In this document: positions 35,711 to 50,700 of the stretch, one piece after another
How positions within the stretch are numbered: position 1 is the stretch's first letter
Layout: each line of letters opens with the position of its first letter
Source: Phoronis australis
Lineage: Eukaryota > Animalia > Phoronida
Assembly: GCA_002633005.1 (NCBI GenBank)
Contig: NMRA01000353.1
Location: forward strand, 71,625 to 135,624
Reading direction: 5' to 3'
DNA: 64,000 bases
Program-made: the position numbers and the translations under genes
The notes under the pieces: model-generated
Seen by the model: the letters and a program-made list of their open reading frames with translations, nothing else
Databases searched by the model: none
What the model was told of the DNA's origin: nothing

Positions 35711-38700
35711 CTGGAAAATAAATATCAAGAAAATAATAATAAAAAACATTGTGAGTTTTGTTTAGTTGGTGATGCAGCAGATATGTTCACAAAGCCTAAA
35801 TCCCCTATTGGTCATGCAATGAACTAGCTTAATCTGTAAGATATACATCCACACATGCACTACATTCACACATACAAACATGCACTGCATCCATCCACAC
35901 ATGCACTACATCCACACATACACACATGCACTACATCCACACATACACACATGCCCTACATCCACACATACACACATGCCCTACATCCACACATACACAC
36001 ATGCACTACATCCACACATACAAACATNTGCCCTATATCCATCCACACATGCACTACATCCACACATACACACATGCCCTACATCCACACATACACACAT
36101 GCACTACATTCACACATACACACATGCACTACATCCTCACATACACACATGCACTACATCGTCATACACATATGCTCTACATCTACACACACACATGCAC
36201 TACATCCATCACTTGTCACTGCAGAGTTGAAAGTTATTTGGCCAGAGAAAACATCATCGCACAGTCTACACCGAGAATTTTTAAAGGTATTCTCAGGTAA
36301 AAACTTTTGACAGTTAAATTCATATTGTGAAAATTTAATGAAACCTTGAATATTTGGAATGGTGCATCTTATTTTAGCAGAATAGTTTGCAATTTAATAA
36401 GTCAAGAGCAAAAAAAAGAGCAACGTGGAGCATTGAAATGCACCCACAATTGCACCGTAAATGGTTTGTTTCTAGTGGTGCTTATGTGTATCATATAAAA
36501 TGGCAAGATGCACAGAATATATTGAACCCTTCCAAAAATGGGAAGATACAATTCTCTCTCAAAACTAGTAGCCAAATTTCATGAAAATCTGTCAAAAAAT
36601 TCCAAAGATACAAAGGCAAACGCAGAAAAAATACAGCCATTAGGAACCTCAGCAGTAGTCGAATATGTCCACCTGTTGTCAAGTTAATAGTAATACATTG
36701 CAAAATTTCAAAAACATCTTGCAAGGGGTTTAGGAGATACAGGTGTAGATGCGAACAAATGTCACTAGGGTGCATCACAGCAGTTCATAATAAAAGCACA
36801 GCTCCAGAAATTGCTTTCACATTATATCCAGGTTCACATTCACTCCCTTGCACACATTTAGATAGTCAATCGTTTATTAATTAGACCCTGATCAGAGGCA
36901 TAGGAGACACCTTTGAGTAATATTCGAAATAGCTGGACTTGTTTGAAAATCCTCGTCAGTCATTCTCTTGTCAGCGGGAACACATCTGCCAATTTTCATA
37001 ATGATCCTCTGCACACGGTTTGGGAGATACAGAAGCAGATCACCAAAAATAGACTCAAATAATTAAAATGGCCGCTAGTTTGTAGTATACATTGGATCCA
37101 TCGAAAAAGGAAAGGTGCTATCCTCTTCATAAAAGAAATGTTTACCCAATTTCATGAAAAAGCATCAAAGAACTTTGAAGTTAGAGAGAAAAGCATAAAA
37201 AAAAACTGTCGCTAGAGAGCACAGCTGTAGTTGGATTGGTCTGAAACTGGCTGTCACACTTCGCCATCTCCAAAGGAACATGTAGACTGCTAAATTTCAG
37301 AACGATCTTCCAAAGAGTACAGGAGATATAGCTGTGGATGCCAGAGTAGTTGAACACGTCCGAAAATCAACATCATCATGATGATCTTTCTTTGGTGGAT
37401 GGAGAGGGTGATGTTGAAAACATACTCAAACATTTTTAAAATGGCCATGTAGTAGCTCAGAGTACCTTCCAAAAATGAGATGTCATCGTCTCCTAAGAAA
37501 CCTATTCGCAAAATTTCATGGTAATAAAAACGGCCACTATATGTTGAATCTATCCGAAAATGGGAACTTGTTGACTCTTTAACAGAAACCTATTTATTAA
37601 ATTTCATAAAAAAACTGCCATAGAGTGACAAAGATACAGAAGACAACAAAAATGCCACTGGGGGGGGGGGCACAGCGGTAGTCGGATCCAGCCAAATGTC
37701 GTCGTTATCTGCTGTCAACTTCATAAATACACTAGCCAAATTTAACAAAGTTCCTGCAGAGAGTTTGGGAAATACAGTCATAGACACAAAAATGCCACTA
37801 GGAGGCGCCACAATGGTCTGAGACGTCCGAAAATCATCATCAACTGTCCTCTTCACAGTAGAAACAACAATGCCAATTTCAAAAATCATCCTTAGAGTAA
37901 TTTGGTTGATAGAGGGGTAGATGCCAAAAACATACTACAAAACAGTAAATATGAGCACTAGATGGCCCAAAATTCGTCAAATCTATGTTTCCTTAATAGA
38001 ATGCTATTTACCACATTTCATACAAGAGCAATGCAGAGCATTGAAATGCGCCCACGAATGCACCGAAAACGATGTGCTTCTAGGGGTGTTATTTGTATCA
38101 TAAAAATGGCCACTAAACGGCGCAAAATGCGTCGAATCCATCCGAAAACGGGAACATGCCATCATTTTTTAATAGAAAGCTATTCATTAAATTTCATAAA
38201 AATCTGAAAAGGAGCCTCACAGAAACAGAAGAAAATGAAAAAAATTAAATTGCCACTAGGGGGCACAGCGTTCGTCAGATCCGTCTCAAAGTCGTCGTTA
38301 TCCGTTGTCAACTTCATATGAATACACTTGCTAAACTTAATAAACATCCTGCAGAGCGTTTAGGAGATACAGCCATGGGCGCAAAGAAACAAAACTGCCA
38401 CTAAGAGGGGCCACAGTAGTAATCGGAAAATCGTCAATCGTCCTCTTCATAGTAAGAATATACATGCCTATTTTCACAATCATCCTTTGAGTGGTTTGAT
38501 TGATAGAGGAGCAGATGCAAAACACCTCGAGTCCAGCTGAAAATGGGAGGATAGTGTAACCTCTCTAATATATGCCTAACTGCCAAATTTCATGACAACA
38601 GCAACGCGGAGCATTGAAATGCACTGATGAATGCACTGCAAAGGTTGTGCTTCTAGTGTTATTTATTTGTTTCGTAAAAATAGCCACTAGATGGCGCAAA

Positions 38701-41700
38701 AACATCCAATCCACCTGAAAATGGGGAAAATGCCATCACTTCTTTAATAGAAAGCTATTTACCAAATTTCATAAAAATCTGTCGAGGAACTTCAGAGAAA
38801 CGAAGGAAAACGGAAAAAATGAAATTGGCACTATGGGGCACAGCGTTCCTTGGTTCGGCCTGAAAGACGCCATCTGTTGTTAGCTTCATACTGATAAATA
38901 CAATTACTAAATTTAATAAAGATCATGCAGTGCGTTAAGGAGATACAGCTATGGGCGCAAAACAAAACAAAACTATCACTAGGAGGCGCCACAGTAATCG
39001 AATTCGTTATAGTCAACCGCCCTCTTCACACTGAGAACATACACGCCAATTTTCAAAATCATCCTCAGAATGGTTTGGCTGATCGAGGGGTGGACATCAA
39101 AAACCAGACTCGAAAACAGGAAAAATGGCCACTAGGAGGAACAAAGTATCTCGATTCCATTCGAAAAATGGGAGGATAGCATCATCATACCAATATATGC
39201 CTATATTCCAAATTTTCTGAAAATCTGTTGAGGACCATTTGAAGATACAGAGGTGAACCTAACAAACGAAAATTGCCACTAGGGGGCACAATGGTAGTCA
39301 GATCCATTTGAAAGTTGTTGTCAGCTGTTGTGAACATAATATAAATACACTTGCTAAATTTAGAAAAGATCCTGGAAATGGTTTAAGAGATACAGCCATA
39401 GGCGCAAAAAACAAAAGTGGCACTAGGAGGCACCACAGTAGTCGAAGTCATCAGAAAATCATCATCAGTTTCGTAGTAAGAACATACATGCCAATTTTCA
39501 CAATCATCCTTAGAGCCATTTGGTTGATAGAGGGGTGGACTCCAAAAACAGACTAAAAAACAGCAAAGATGGCCACAAGGTGGCACAAACTATGTCAAAT
39601 CCATCCGAAACAAGACGATAGTGTCATCTCACCAATAGATGCCTATATGCCAAATTTTATGACAATACATTGAAGACCTTTAAACATACAGAGGTAAATG
39701 TGAAAAACTGAAATTGCAACTAGGGGGCACACTGGAAGTCAGATGTGTCCGAAAGTCGTCGTCATCTATTGTCAACATCATATAAATACATTTGCTAAAT
39801 TTAGTAAAGATCCTGCCAACGGTTTAAGAGATACAGCCATGGGCGCAAAAAACAAAACTTCCACTAGGATGCACCACATCGTCATCTGTCCTCTTCATAG
39901 TAAATACATACATGCCAATTTTCACAATCTTCCTTAGAGCGGTTTAGTTGATAGAGGGGTGGACTCCAAAAAACAGACTCGAAAACAGCAAAAATTGCCA
40001 TTAGGTGGCGCAAACTTCGTTGAATCCACCCGAAAACGAAAGGATAGTGTCATCTCACTAATAGACCTTTGAAGATATAGAGGCAAGCGTAAAAAACTAA
40101 AGTTGCCACTAGGGGTAATCGGATCCGTCCGAAGGTTCGCTCATGCTGTCCCATACATAAGAGGAACATATGTGCCAAATTTTATGAATGTACGTCAAAG
40201 GGTTTCGGATATAGAGCAGCGGACGCAGAATAGATGGATGCCAGATGGATAGACGGAGATTACATCATAATGTGTCCACATATAAATATGTGGGTGCATA
40301 AAAATCCGTTGAGGAGTTCGGAAGATACAGAGGTAAGCGTAAAAAACTAAAATTGCCACTAGGGGCACACCTGCAGTCGAAGAGGCACATCATTCGTAGG
40401 ATATGTCCGTAAGTCATCATTTGTTGTCAACTTCATATAAATTCACTTGCTAAATTTAATAATTAAAGATCCTGCAGAGGGTTTAGGAGATACAGCCATG
40501 GGTGCAAAAAAGCTGCCACTAGAAGGTGCCACAGTAGTCAAAATCATCGGAAAATCATTGTCCGCCGTCCTCTTCACAGTAGGAACATATATTCCACAAT
40601 CATCCTTTGAGAGGTTTGGTTGATAGAGGGGTGCATGCCAAAAACAGACTCGAAAACACTACACAAGAGCAACACGGAGCGTTGAAATGCGCTCACAACA
40701 GCACCGCAAAGAGTGTGCTTTTTTGGTGTTTTGGCCATTAGATGGCGCCGAATGTGGCAGAATGCTTCAAACCCCTCCAACCGTCTCTGTAATACACAAC
40801 TATTTGCCAAATTTCATAAAAATAAGCCAAGGGACTCCTAAGATTTAGACTGAGGTAGATGTAAATACCAATTAAAATTAGCACAAGTATAGTCTGATTG
40901 GTCAAAAATTAATGTCATCTGTTGCCATCCATCTCTATAGAAGCCCATCTGCCAAATTTCGCTTATTGTCAACATCATATAAATACACTTGCTAAATTTA
41001 GTAAAGAACCTGCCAACGGTTTAGGAGATACAGCCGTGGGCGCAAAAAAAATGCCACAAGGAGATGCCACAGTAGTTGAAATTGTGGGAAAATAATTGTC
41101 AGCTGTCCTCTTCATAGAGAGAACATACATGCCAATTTTCACAATCATCCTTAGAGTGGTTTGGTTGATAGATGGGTGGATGCCAACAAACATACTCAAA
41201 AACAATAAAATTGGCCACTTGGTGATGTAAACTGTATCGAATCCATCCAGAAATGGGAGGATAGCATTATCCAACTAATAGAATATACCAAATTTTATGA
41301 AAATATGTGGAGGACCCTTGAAGATACAGAGGTAAATGTAAAAGCCTAAAACTGCCACTAAGGGCACACCGGTTATCGCATCCGTCCAAAAGTTTGCACA
41401 TGGCGTCCTATCCATGAAAGAAACATAATGTGAAAAATTTCATGAACACATGTCAAACGGTTTTGGAGATAGAGCAGCGGACGCCGGAAGGACTCAAAAA
41501 CAGCAAAAATGGCCACTAGGTGGCGCAAACTACGTCAAATCCATTCGAAAATATATAAATATGTGGGCGCATAACAAAAATGACAAGGTGACGTAAAACC
41601 TGTCGAATCTGTCCGAAAATGAAATGGCATCATCACATCTTTAATAAAACCTATTTGCCGAATTTCATGAAAATCCATCAAGGAACTCCAAAGATACAGA

Positions 41701-44700
41701 GGCAAACATAAAAAACTAAAACTGCCACTAGGGGGCACAGCAGTACTCACATCGGTCTGAAATTCGTTATCATCTGTCGGTAGCTACATAGGAACACACC
41801 TGTCACATTTCAATAAAATCCTGCAAGGAGTTTAGGAAATGCAGCTGCAGATGGTGGATGCCCAGACAGAGAAGATGACAAAATGGCCACTAGGTGGCGC
41901 AAATACCTTAAATCCATCCAAAAATGAAAAAAAAACAGCATCATCTCACTAATAGATGCCTCTCTGCCACATTTTATGAAATTCGGTCGAGGATGTTTTA
42001 ACATACAGACGAGGTAAAGATAAAAAAAACTAAAATTGCCAATGAAGGGCACACTGTTAGTCGGATCCGTCCGAAAGTTTGCTAATGCTTTGCCTTCCAT
42101 GAAAGGAACACATGCGCAAAACTTCATGAACATACATTAAAGGGTTTTGGTTGAAATCTGAGAAACACGTGAATGCATAAAAATCATGGATAGGCTAAAA
42201 TTCAGAAAAATACGGTTGAATCACAAAATACCACAGTAGTGTGTTACAACACTCCATATCCATACTTATATGAAAGTTTGGACAAAATCCTCTGCAAAAT
42301 GTAGGTGAGCATTTTCGTAGATGGGTGGGTGAAAATAAAAAAATGGGACAAAATTCTGGAAAATACAGTTGAATCGCCAAATACGCATGACATATGCTAC
42401 ATTGCAACATACTATTTTCAAAGATTAGTCTTTGAAATGTAGGAATTGAGAACAGAAGAGCATTTCTGTGAATAGAAGGGTGAAAAGCAGGACAAATTCA
42501 GAAAAATACACCCAAATTGCAAAACGCCAGATTTATGCACTACGGCACTTTGGAATTCTATTTTACAAAAGTTTGGTGAAAATCCAGAGAGACCTGAAGA
42601 AGTTGCACATAGAATAGTATTACTCTCTGTACATGGACACACGAATGGAATGATGACTACCATCAATGTATCACCTTTGCTGCGGGATAAAAAAGATGTA
42701 CGATAAGTGATGATAAAAATAATGATCAAGAAACAGAGGTGGGTACAGTGGGCACAAAACCAATAAAATTGAAGCAAAAATCCATCAACAAAAAAGAAGT
42801 CATCAAAAAATATTTAAAAAATTAAAAATGTTAAGTTGAAGTGAAAAACTGAGATAATCCCAGCAGGACTTGTCGAGATCTATCTTTATACTAAGTCTCA
42901 AAAAGATCTGTCAAAAGATGCCGGAACTATGGTCAGTAAAGAGAGACGTCAATGAATGACAGATAAAATAACATTTTGTGTCTAATTTGGGCCAAAAACG
43001 ATAAACTCCTAGTTAACGAGTCGTGATTTGTGAAATTTTTTTGTTGGTTGGGTAAGATTATGGGACCTGTATGAACAAACAAAAAAACAAACATTCTTAT
43101 GACAGTGTGTCATACTTGGCAAAAATTGCTTGACATAATACGATGTAGTGAATAGAAAATATTCATGTCAATTACCTGAGTAAAGCGAGCGTCACTTTCT
43201 TTAATTTCTTGAACAGTCAATTTCCACAATAGCTGTCCTGATCTTTGGAGTGTCGCACTCAACTGTAATAGTGGGCTGTAAAATGAAACATTCTATGACT
43301 GAAACTTAGTTTTGCAACAACCAGGCCTACACTATTAACATGATTGTGATTGCATCAGTGTTTCAACGGTAAGTTGCTGTTAGCATTGATTTGCATCAAC
43401 CAGAAAGTTTCAGTGCTTGTTTTATGACAAGACAGGAGCTCACATGCACAGATGCTTAAATGTCAACATGTCTAACAATTTCAACTCGTTGTATCTTCAT
43501 AGCAGTCTTTCAGCATCTTAGTTCAAATTTAAAAACTGAACCACTGCAACTGCACTTAATGATATATGACTCGATTTAGCAAATTAATATAAAATGTTCA
43601 GTAAATTGGAATTCTCAATAACTATATCATTAGTTTTATTTTACAAACATTTCAAATACAGACTTAACTGTACAAATAGCATTTATTCTTTGAACAGGAA
43701 CATTGATACCTCGGAGTAGCTGCAATTTGTAAACAGCACTCAAGTGGTAATTAATGGCCCATAACATGGTGGAGCTGAAGTGGTAATTAATAGCCAACAG
43801 ATGGAGATCAAAAGAACAGGGAGCAGCACAAACAGAATTTGTCTATAAATTAGCATGTTCTCTCTTATCTTTATTAAAAACAGTTAACACAAAGATCAAT
43901 TACATCTAGGCAGAAAAAGAAATGAGTGCCAAAAATAAAATTGCCACCGAGGAACAACAAGGAAATTCGATGTCAGTCAAGTAACACACATGCCAAAGTT
44001 AATGACATGCCTTCATCACCCACATATGCAGTGTCCCAAAATGTATAAACACTTCAAAATTACACTTCAAATGACAATGTTTGCAGACTAATGGACAACA
44101 TTAACCATTCAAATTCATAAACATTGGTCTAAAAAGAAATTAATCCACGAATTAAACCTAAATATTTAAGTGCATTGTTGATTAACTTGAAATTGTCTTA
44201 TAAACTGTCTTTGCATTTCCTGGATGTTTCTGAATTTCCTATAGCATTGTGCGATAACCTTGGATTACCAAATCCGAACCAGCAAGATGTGCACACAGTA
44301 GGTACGGGTGCAGAGTCTAACTCATGGCAACTAAATTTGAACTTCCGCCATTATAATTAAGTGGGCAGCCCTTTGTGTGGTTTCATTATTAAATGGGCAG
44401 CCTATATGTTTGGTTGAATAATTAAGTGGGCAGCCTAGTGTGAAACGAAATACATACAAATCTGTCAATGCTTTACAGAAAGGAACACGGCATCTAACTT
44501 CACTACATTCCCTGTTCTGATGATCTTGGATGTATTTGATGGCTTTTTCACAAGAGTGACAATCACCCTTGTAATCAATGTCAGCGCACTTCAGACATCT
44601 CTTATACTGAAAGAGAAACTATTTTAAATTTATAATTTAAATTCAACCACAATGTGAATGAAAATTGATACTTCATTTTGCTCAATTTTTCATCAAAACA

Positions 44701-47700
44701 AATGATCGAGCCACAGACTAGCACCTAGAAAAAAGCGGCAATGCAAAGCATCAAAATGCACTGCAAATGGTTCTAGGGGCATTTATTAGTCCTGTGTATT
44801 ATTATGCTAAGTAAAAACAACAATGCACAGTGTTGAAATGCATCCATGACTGCACCACAAACAGTATGGTTCTAAGGGTGTTAGATGAAAAAAGCCATTA
44901 AGTAGCATAAATATGTCAAACCTGTCCCAAACTGCGAAAGCACTGTCTGATCCCCAATAAAAATAATTTACCAAATTTCAAAAAAATCTGTCTAGGGATT
45001 CCATAGAAACAGAGGCAAATGTGAAAAAACAAATTGTCATTAGGAAGCACAGCAACAGTTGGATTCATCCACCTATTGTCAACTTAATAAAAATATGATT
45101 ACCAAATTTCTAAAAGATCTTTCAATTGTTTAGAAGAAACTATCGCAGATGCAATAAAATGACACTAGGGAGAACCCCAGTAGTTGGACAGATCTGTGCG
45201 AAAATTCACGTCAGTCATGCTCTTGTAAAGTAGGAATGTATCCAGCAAATTTTTATAATGATCCTCTGAGTGATTTAGCAGTTGTCGAGGAAGGCCCCAA
45301 ACAGACACAAATATAGAAAATGACCACTAGGTTGCGCAGAATAAGTTGAATTTATCCCAAAAAAGGAAAGGTGATATCACCTTCATACCGTTAAATTTTG
45401 TTGAAAAGGTGTTAACGAATTCTAAAGAAATGTAAAAACAAAAATTGCCACCAGGGGACACAGCGGTATCCGGAGAAAAATTCACAAACATTCTACGAAG
45501 GAATCAGGAGATACAGCCGTGAACCCACAAACAACAGAATCACCAGTAGGGGGCGTCACAGTTGTGAAAGCTGATTAAACATCAATGTCACCAGTGGTGC
45601 TCTCATCAGGAGCACATCTGCTAATTTTCATAATTATTCTTTTACAGATTTGACAGATAAAGAGACAAATATCAAACAAGAGTGACGTGGAGCATTGATA
45701 TGCGCCCATGAATGCACTTCAAACGATGTTCTTCTAGGGTGTTCATTTGTGTCATAAAAATAGCCACTAGATAGTGCAAAATATTTCGAATCCATCAAAA
45801 AACTGGAAAATGTCACCGTTTTTTAACAGAAAGCTATTTACCACATTTCATGAAAATCCGTCAAGAAACTTTAGCAAAATGGAAAAAATGAAATGGCCAC
45901 TAGGGCACAAAGGTTCATTGGATCCGTCTGAAAGTTGTCGTCTTTCGTTGTCAATGTCACATAAATAAACTTGCTAAATTTAATAAACATTCTGCAGAGG
46001 GCTTAGGAGATACAGCTCAGGGTGCAAAAAACTGCCACTAGGAGGCACCACAGTAATTGAAGCAGGAAAATCATCGTCAATTTTCACAATCATCCCAAGA
46101 CTGGTTTGGTTGACAGAGGGGGGACGGCAAAAAAGACTAGAAAACAGTAAAAATGGAAACTAGATGGTGCAAAATAAGTCGAATCCATCTGAAAACCGGA
46201 AAATGTCACCGTTTCTTTAAAAGAAAGCTATTCAACAAATTTCATGAAAATTTGTCGAGGAACTTCAGAGAAACAGGAAAACAAAAAAAAGGAAATTGCC
46301 ACCAGGAGGCAGTGTTACTCGGATCTGTCTGAAAGTTGTCGTCGTCCGTTGGCAACTTCATATAAACATTTCCTACATTTAAAGCTATTACGAGATACAG
46401 CCATGGGCACAAAAACAAACAAAACTGCCACTAGGAGGCGCCACAGTAGCCGAAGTCATCAGAAAATCATCATCAACACCGTCCTCTTCACAGTAAGAAC
46501 ACACATGCCATTTTTCGCAATCATCCTTAGAGTGGTTTGGTTGACAGCGGCGCAGACCCCAAAAAATGGACTCAAAAATAGTAATAATGGCCACTAGATG
46601 GTGCAAAGTGCCTCAAATCCATCCGAAAACGGGAGGGCTAGCGTCACCTCATTAATAGATGCCAATGTGCCAAATTTCATGGAAATCGGTTGAAGACCTT
46701 TGAAGATATAGAGGTAAACGTAAAAAACTAAACTTGCCAGTAGCGGGCACAACGGTATTCGGGTCGGTCCAAAGCTCTTCGCTCTCTGTCGTCAACCCCG
46801 TAGAAACACACCTGCCAAATTTCAATAAGATCCTGCAAAGGGTTTAGGAGATACAGACACGGACGCCGTACGCCAAGACAGAGATTACAGCAATATGCAC
46901 CCACATAGAAATATGTGGGCGCAAAATAATAAGAATGACCACTAGGTGGTGCACATTATGTCGAATCCCTTAAACAAGAGCAACGCGGAGCGTTGAAATG
47001 CGCCCACGAATGCACCGCGAACGGGGCAGGTCTAGGGTTGATTATTTGTATCATAAAAATGGCCAATAGATGGCGTAAAATGTCCAATACATCCGAAAAC
47101 GAAACGCCATTACTTCTCTAATAGAAAACTATTTACCAAATTTCATAAAAATCTGTGAAGGAACTTTAGAAAAACGGAAAAAAATGTAATTGAAACTAGA
47201 GGGCACTGGGTTCCTTGGATCCGCCTAAAAGTCGTCATTGTCTGTTGTTAGCTTCATATAGATACACTTACTAAATTTAATAAAGATTCTGCAGTGGGTT
47301 TAGAAAATGCACCTATGGGCGCAAAACAAAACAAAACAAAACTACCACTAGGAGGTGCCACAGTAGTCAAATTCATCGCCAACCATCCTCTTCACACTGA
47401 GAACATATACGCTAATTTTCAAAATTTTCCTTAGAATGGATTGGTCGATAGAGGGTGGACTCAAAACATGAAAAATGGCCACTATGTGGCACAAAATACC
47501 TCGATTTCATCCGAAAACAGGAGGATAGTGTTATCTCACCAATAGATGCCCATATTCCAAATTTTATGAAAATCCGTTAAGGACCCTTAAAGATACAATG
47601 GTACATGTAAAAAACTAAAATTTCCACTAGGGGCACATTAGTAGCCAGTTCCGTCTGGAAGTCGTGGTTGTCCGTTGTCAACACAATATAAATAACAGTA

Positions 47701-50700
47701 CACTCTTGCTAAATTTCATAAAGATCCTGCAAACGGTTAAGGGGATACAGCTATGGGTGCAAAAAAAACTGTCACTAGGGGGCTCTTCAGTAGTTTAAGT
47801 CGTCGGAAAATCATCACAAGCCGTCCTCTTCATTGTAAGATATGCATGCCAATTTTCACAATCATCCTTAGAGCGGTTTGGTTGATAGAGGGGTGGACGC
47901 CAACAAACATACTCAAAAACAATAAAATTGGCCACTTGGTGATGTAAACTGTATCGAATCCATCCAGAAATGGGAGGATAGCATTATCCAACTAATAGAA
48001 TATACCAAATTTTATGAAAATATGTGGAGGACCCTTGAAGATACAGAGGTAAATGTAAAAGCCTAAAACTGCCACTAAGGGCACACCGGTTATCGCATCC
48101 GTCCAAAAGTTTGCACATGGCGTCCTATCCATGAAAGAAACATAATGTGAAAAATTTCATGAACACATGTCAAACGGTTTTGGAGATAGAGCAGCGGACG
48201 CCGGAAGGACNNNNNNNNNNNNNNNNNNNNNNNNNNNNNNNNNNNNNNNNNNNNNNNNNNNNNNNNNNNNNNNNNNNNNNNNNNNNNNNNNNNNNNNNNN
48301 NNNNNNNNNNNNNNNNNNNNNNNNNNNNNNNNNNNNNNNNNNNNNNNNNNNNNNNNNNNNNNNNNNNNNNNNNNNNNNNNNNNNNNNNNNNNNNNNNNNN
48401 NNNNNNNNNNNNNNNNNNNNNNNNNNNNNNNNNNNNNNNNNNNNNNNNNNNNNNNNNNNNNNNNNNNNNNNNNNNNNNNNNNNNNNNNNNNNNNNNNNNN
48501 NNNNNNNNNNNNNNNNNNNNNNNNNNNNNNNNNNNNNNNNNNNNNNNNNNNNNNNNNNNNNNNNNNNNNNNNNNNNNNNNNNNNNNNNNNNNNNNNNNNN
48601 NNNNNNNNNNNNNNNNNNNNNNNNNNNNNNNNNNNNNNNNNNNNNNNNNNNNNNNNNNNNNNNNNNNNNNNNNNNNNNNNNNNNNNNNNNNNNNNNNNNN
48701 NNNNNNNNNNNNNNNNNNNNNNNNNNNNACAGGGATGATATGCACCTTATGTATATGTGGGGGAGACAGGGATGATATTCACCTTATGTATATGTGGGGG
48801 AGACAGGGATGATATGCATCGTATGTATATGTGGGGGAGACAGGGATGATATTCACCTTATGTATATGTGGGGGAGACAGGGATGATATGCATCCTATGT
48901 ATATGTGGGGGGAAACAGGGATGATATGCACCCTATGTATATGTGGGGGAGACAGGGATGATATGCACCTTATGTATATGTGGGGGAGACAGGGATGATA
49001 TGCACCTTATGTATATGTGCGGGGAGACAGGGATGATATGCATCCTACGTATATGTGGGAGGGATCCATCTGAAACTGAGCAGGACCCATCACTTTCTTC
49101 AAGGAAAGGTTGATGCCACAGTAGTTGGACTTGTATCAAAGTCACTGTCAGCCTCGTGAGGAATAAAAACTATCATGCAAATCCATAAAAAATAGGGAGA
49201 TTCTAGAGGAAAAAGCAATCTGCTAAATTTCATAATGGCACCAGGTGATGCAGAATATGTTGAAAACCTATTTGCCAGGTTTCGTGACAATTGTAAACTG
49301 AAAGAACTTGGAATTCATAGCAGCAAATGGAAAAAGCCAAAATTATCACTAGGGAGCACAGTTCATCATTTCAAAAATTTTCATGTTCATACTAGTCTAT
49401 TAGAAACATATTTGCAAAATTTCACAAAGATCTGCAATGGGTTTCCGAGACACTGCTGATGATGCTGAATGGAAGCTGAATGCTGGACAGAGATGGCAGT
49501 ATTATGCACTCATTTTACATGGGTGCATAACAAAAACTCACCAAAATTTAAAGGGTAAATTAATCCTATTTTTGGCAGTCAAAAGCCACATATAAAAGTC
49601 ATGCATCCTAATAAAAAACAATCAATGGCATTCTTGAAATTATGATGTTTAAAAGTTTGAAAAGCTGACTAAAGTTACTTTAAGAAATGTTAAGTAACTA
49701 TTTTATCATCAAAATATCTACATTTTGTGCAAGTACATAGCAGGACAAAGTCTGTAAATGGTAAGTAAGATCAAAACAAACCTCTTGACACCATTCCTCA
49801 TGACAGGAATTCTCATAGTTACACACAACTGCTTCCTAGAAAAATAAAATTCCAGTGGAAACATTCCAACCATAAAATTAAAAGCAATCAAAATTAATTC
49901 TGACTAGATACACTGGCAGTACTGAAGAGTTTATGTTCTCTATTAAATTGCCAGACTATTCACATTTATGACTCCTTTTTATTTTATGTTGCACTTTCTG
50001 TCTTAGTTAGACTTCATACTTGCTTCATGAAGAATGTCCAATAATTTGATGCAAAACTTAATTTCAAACAAATTCTAGTTTTATCGCCATCGACCAAACT
50101 TCAACCAAGATCAGAATACCTTAGACAACCATCTCATATTTACTGAGTTGAAAACCAGCCTCCCGTTCAGTAACACTAGGACCTAGCTAAAAAGCAAAAT
50201 ACACAAATGATGAAGTTCATGATAAATCAACGTTTCGTCTATTCGTTAGACATCATCAGGATATTTACATAGGACAACAAGTGCCAACATACATCACTGC
50301 AGATAACACTAAATGAATTGGCTTGGTGATTGTTGCTATATCGGACTCACACAGAGACGCCTCTGTGACAGGCTGAAGAACATCACACCTCAGAGAAAAG
50401 CAACATATATAGGCATTGTGTTAGCAACAATCACCAAGCCAATTCAGTTAGTGTTATCTGCAGTGAAACTAATAAGGAATTACTGTACATTAAAGAGTCA
50501 CTGGCTATTCAGAACCAGCATGCTACTGATTCTCTGAACAACATGCAGAGCTCAGTGACCCTGCAACTATGGTGATGACCAGCTACTGACTACTCTGTAT
50601 CTCTCACTTCACTTCATGGATGTCACCTGAGATGTATGTTGGCACTTGTTGTCCTATGTAAATATCCTGATGATGTCTAACGAATAGACCAAACGTTGAT

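Noticed and set aside
48147-48812. Long ORFs of about 200 aa
   Set aside because: Artefacts of the N gap.
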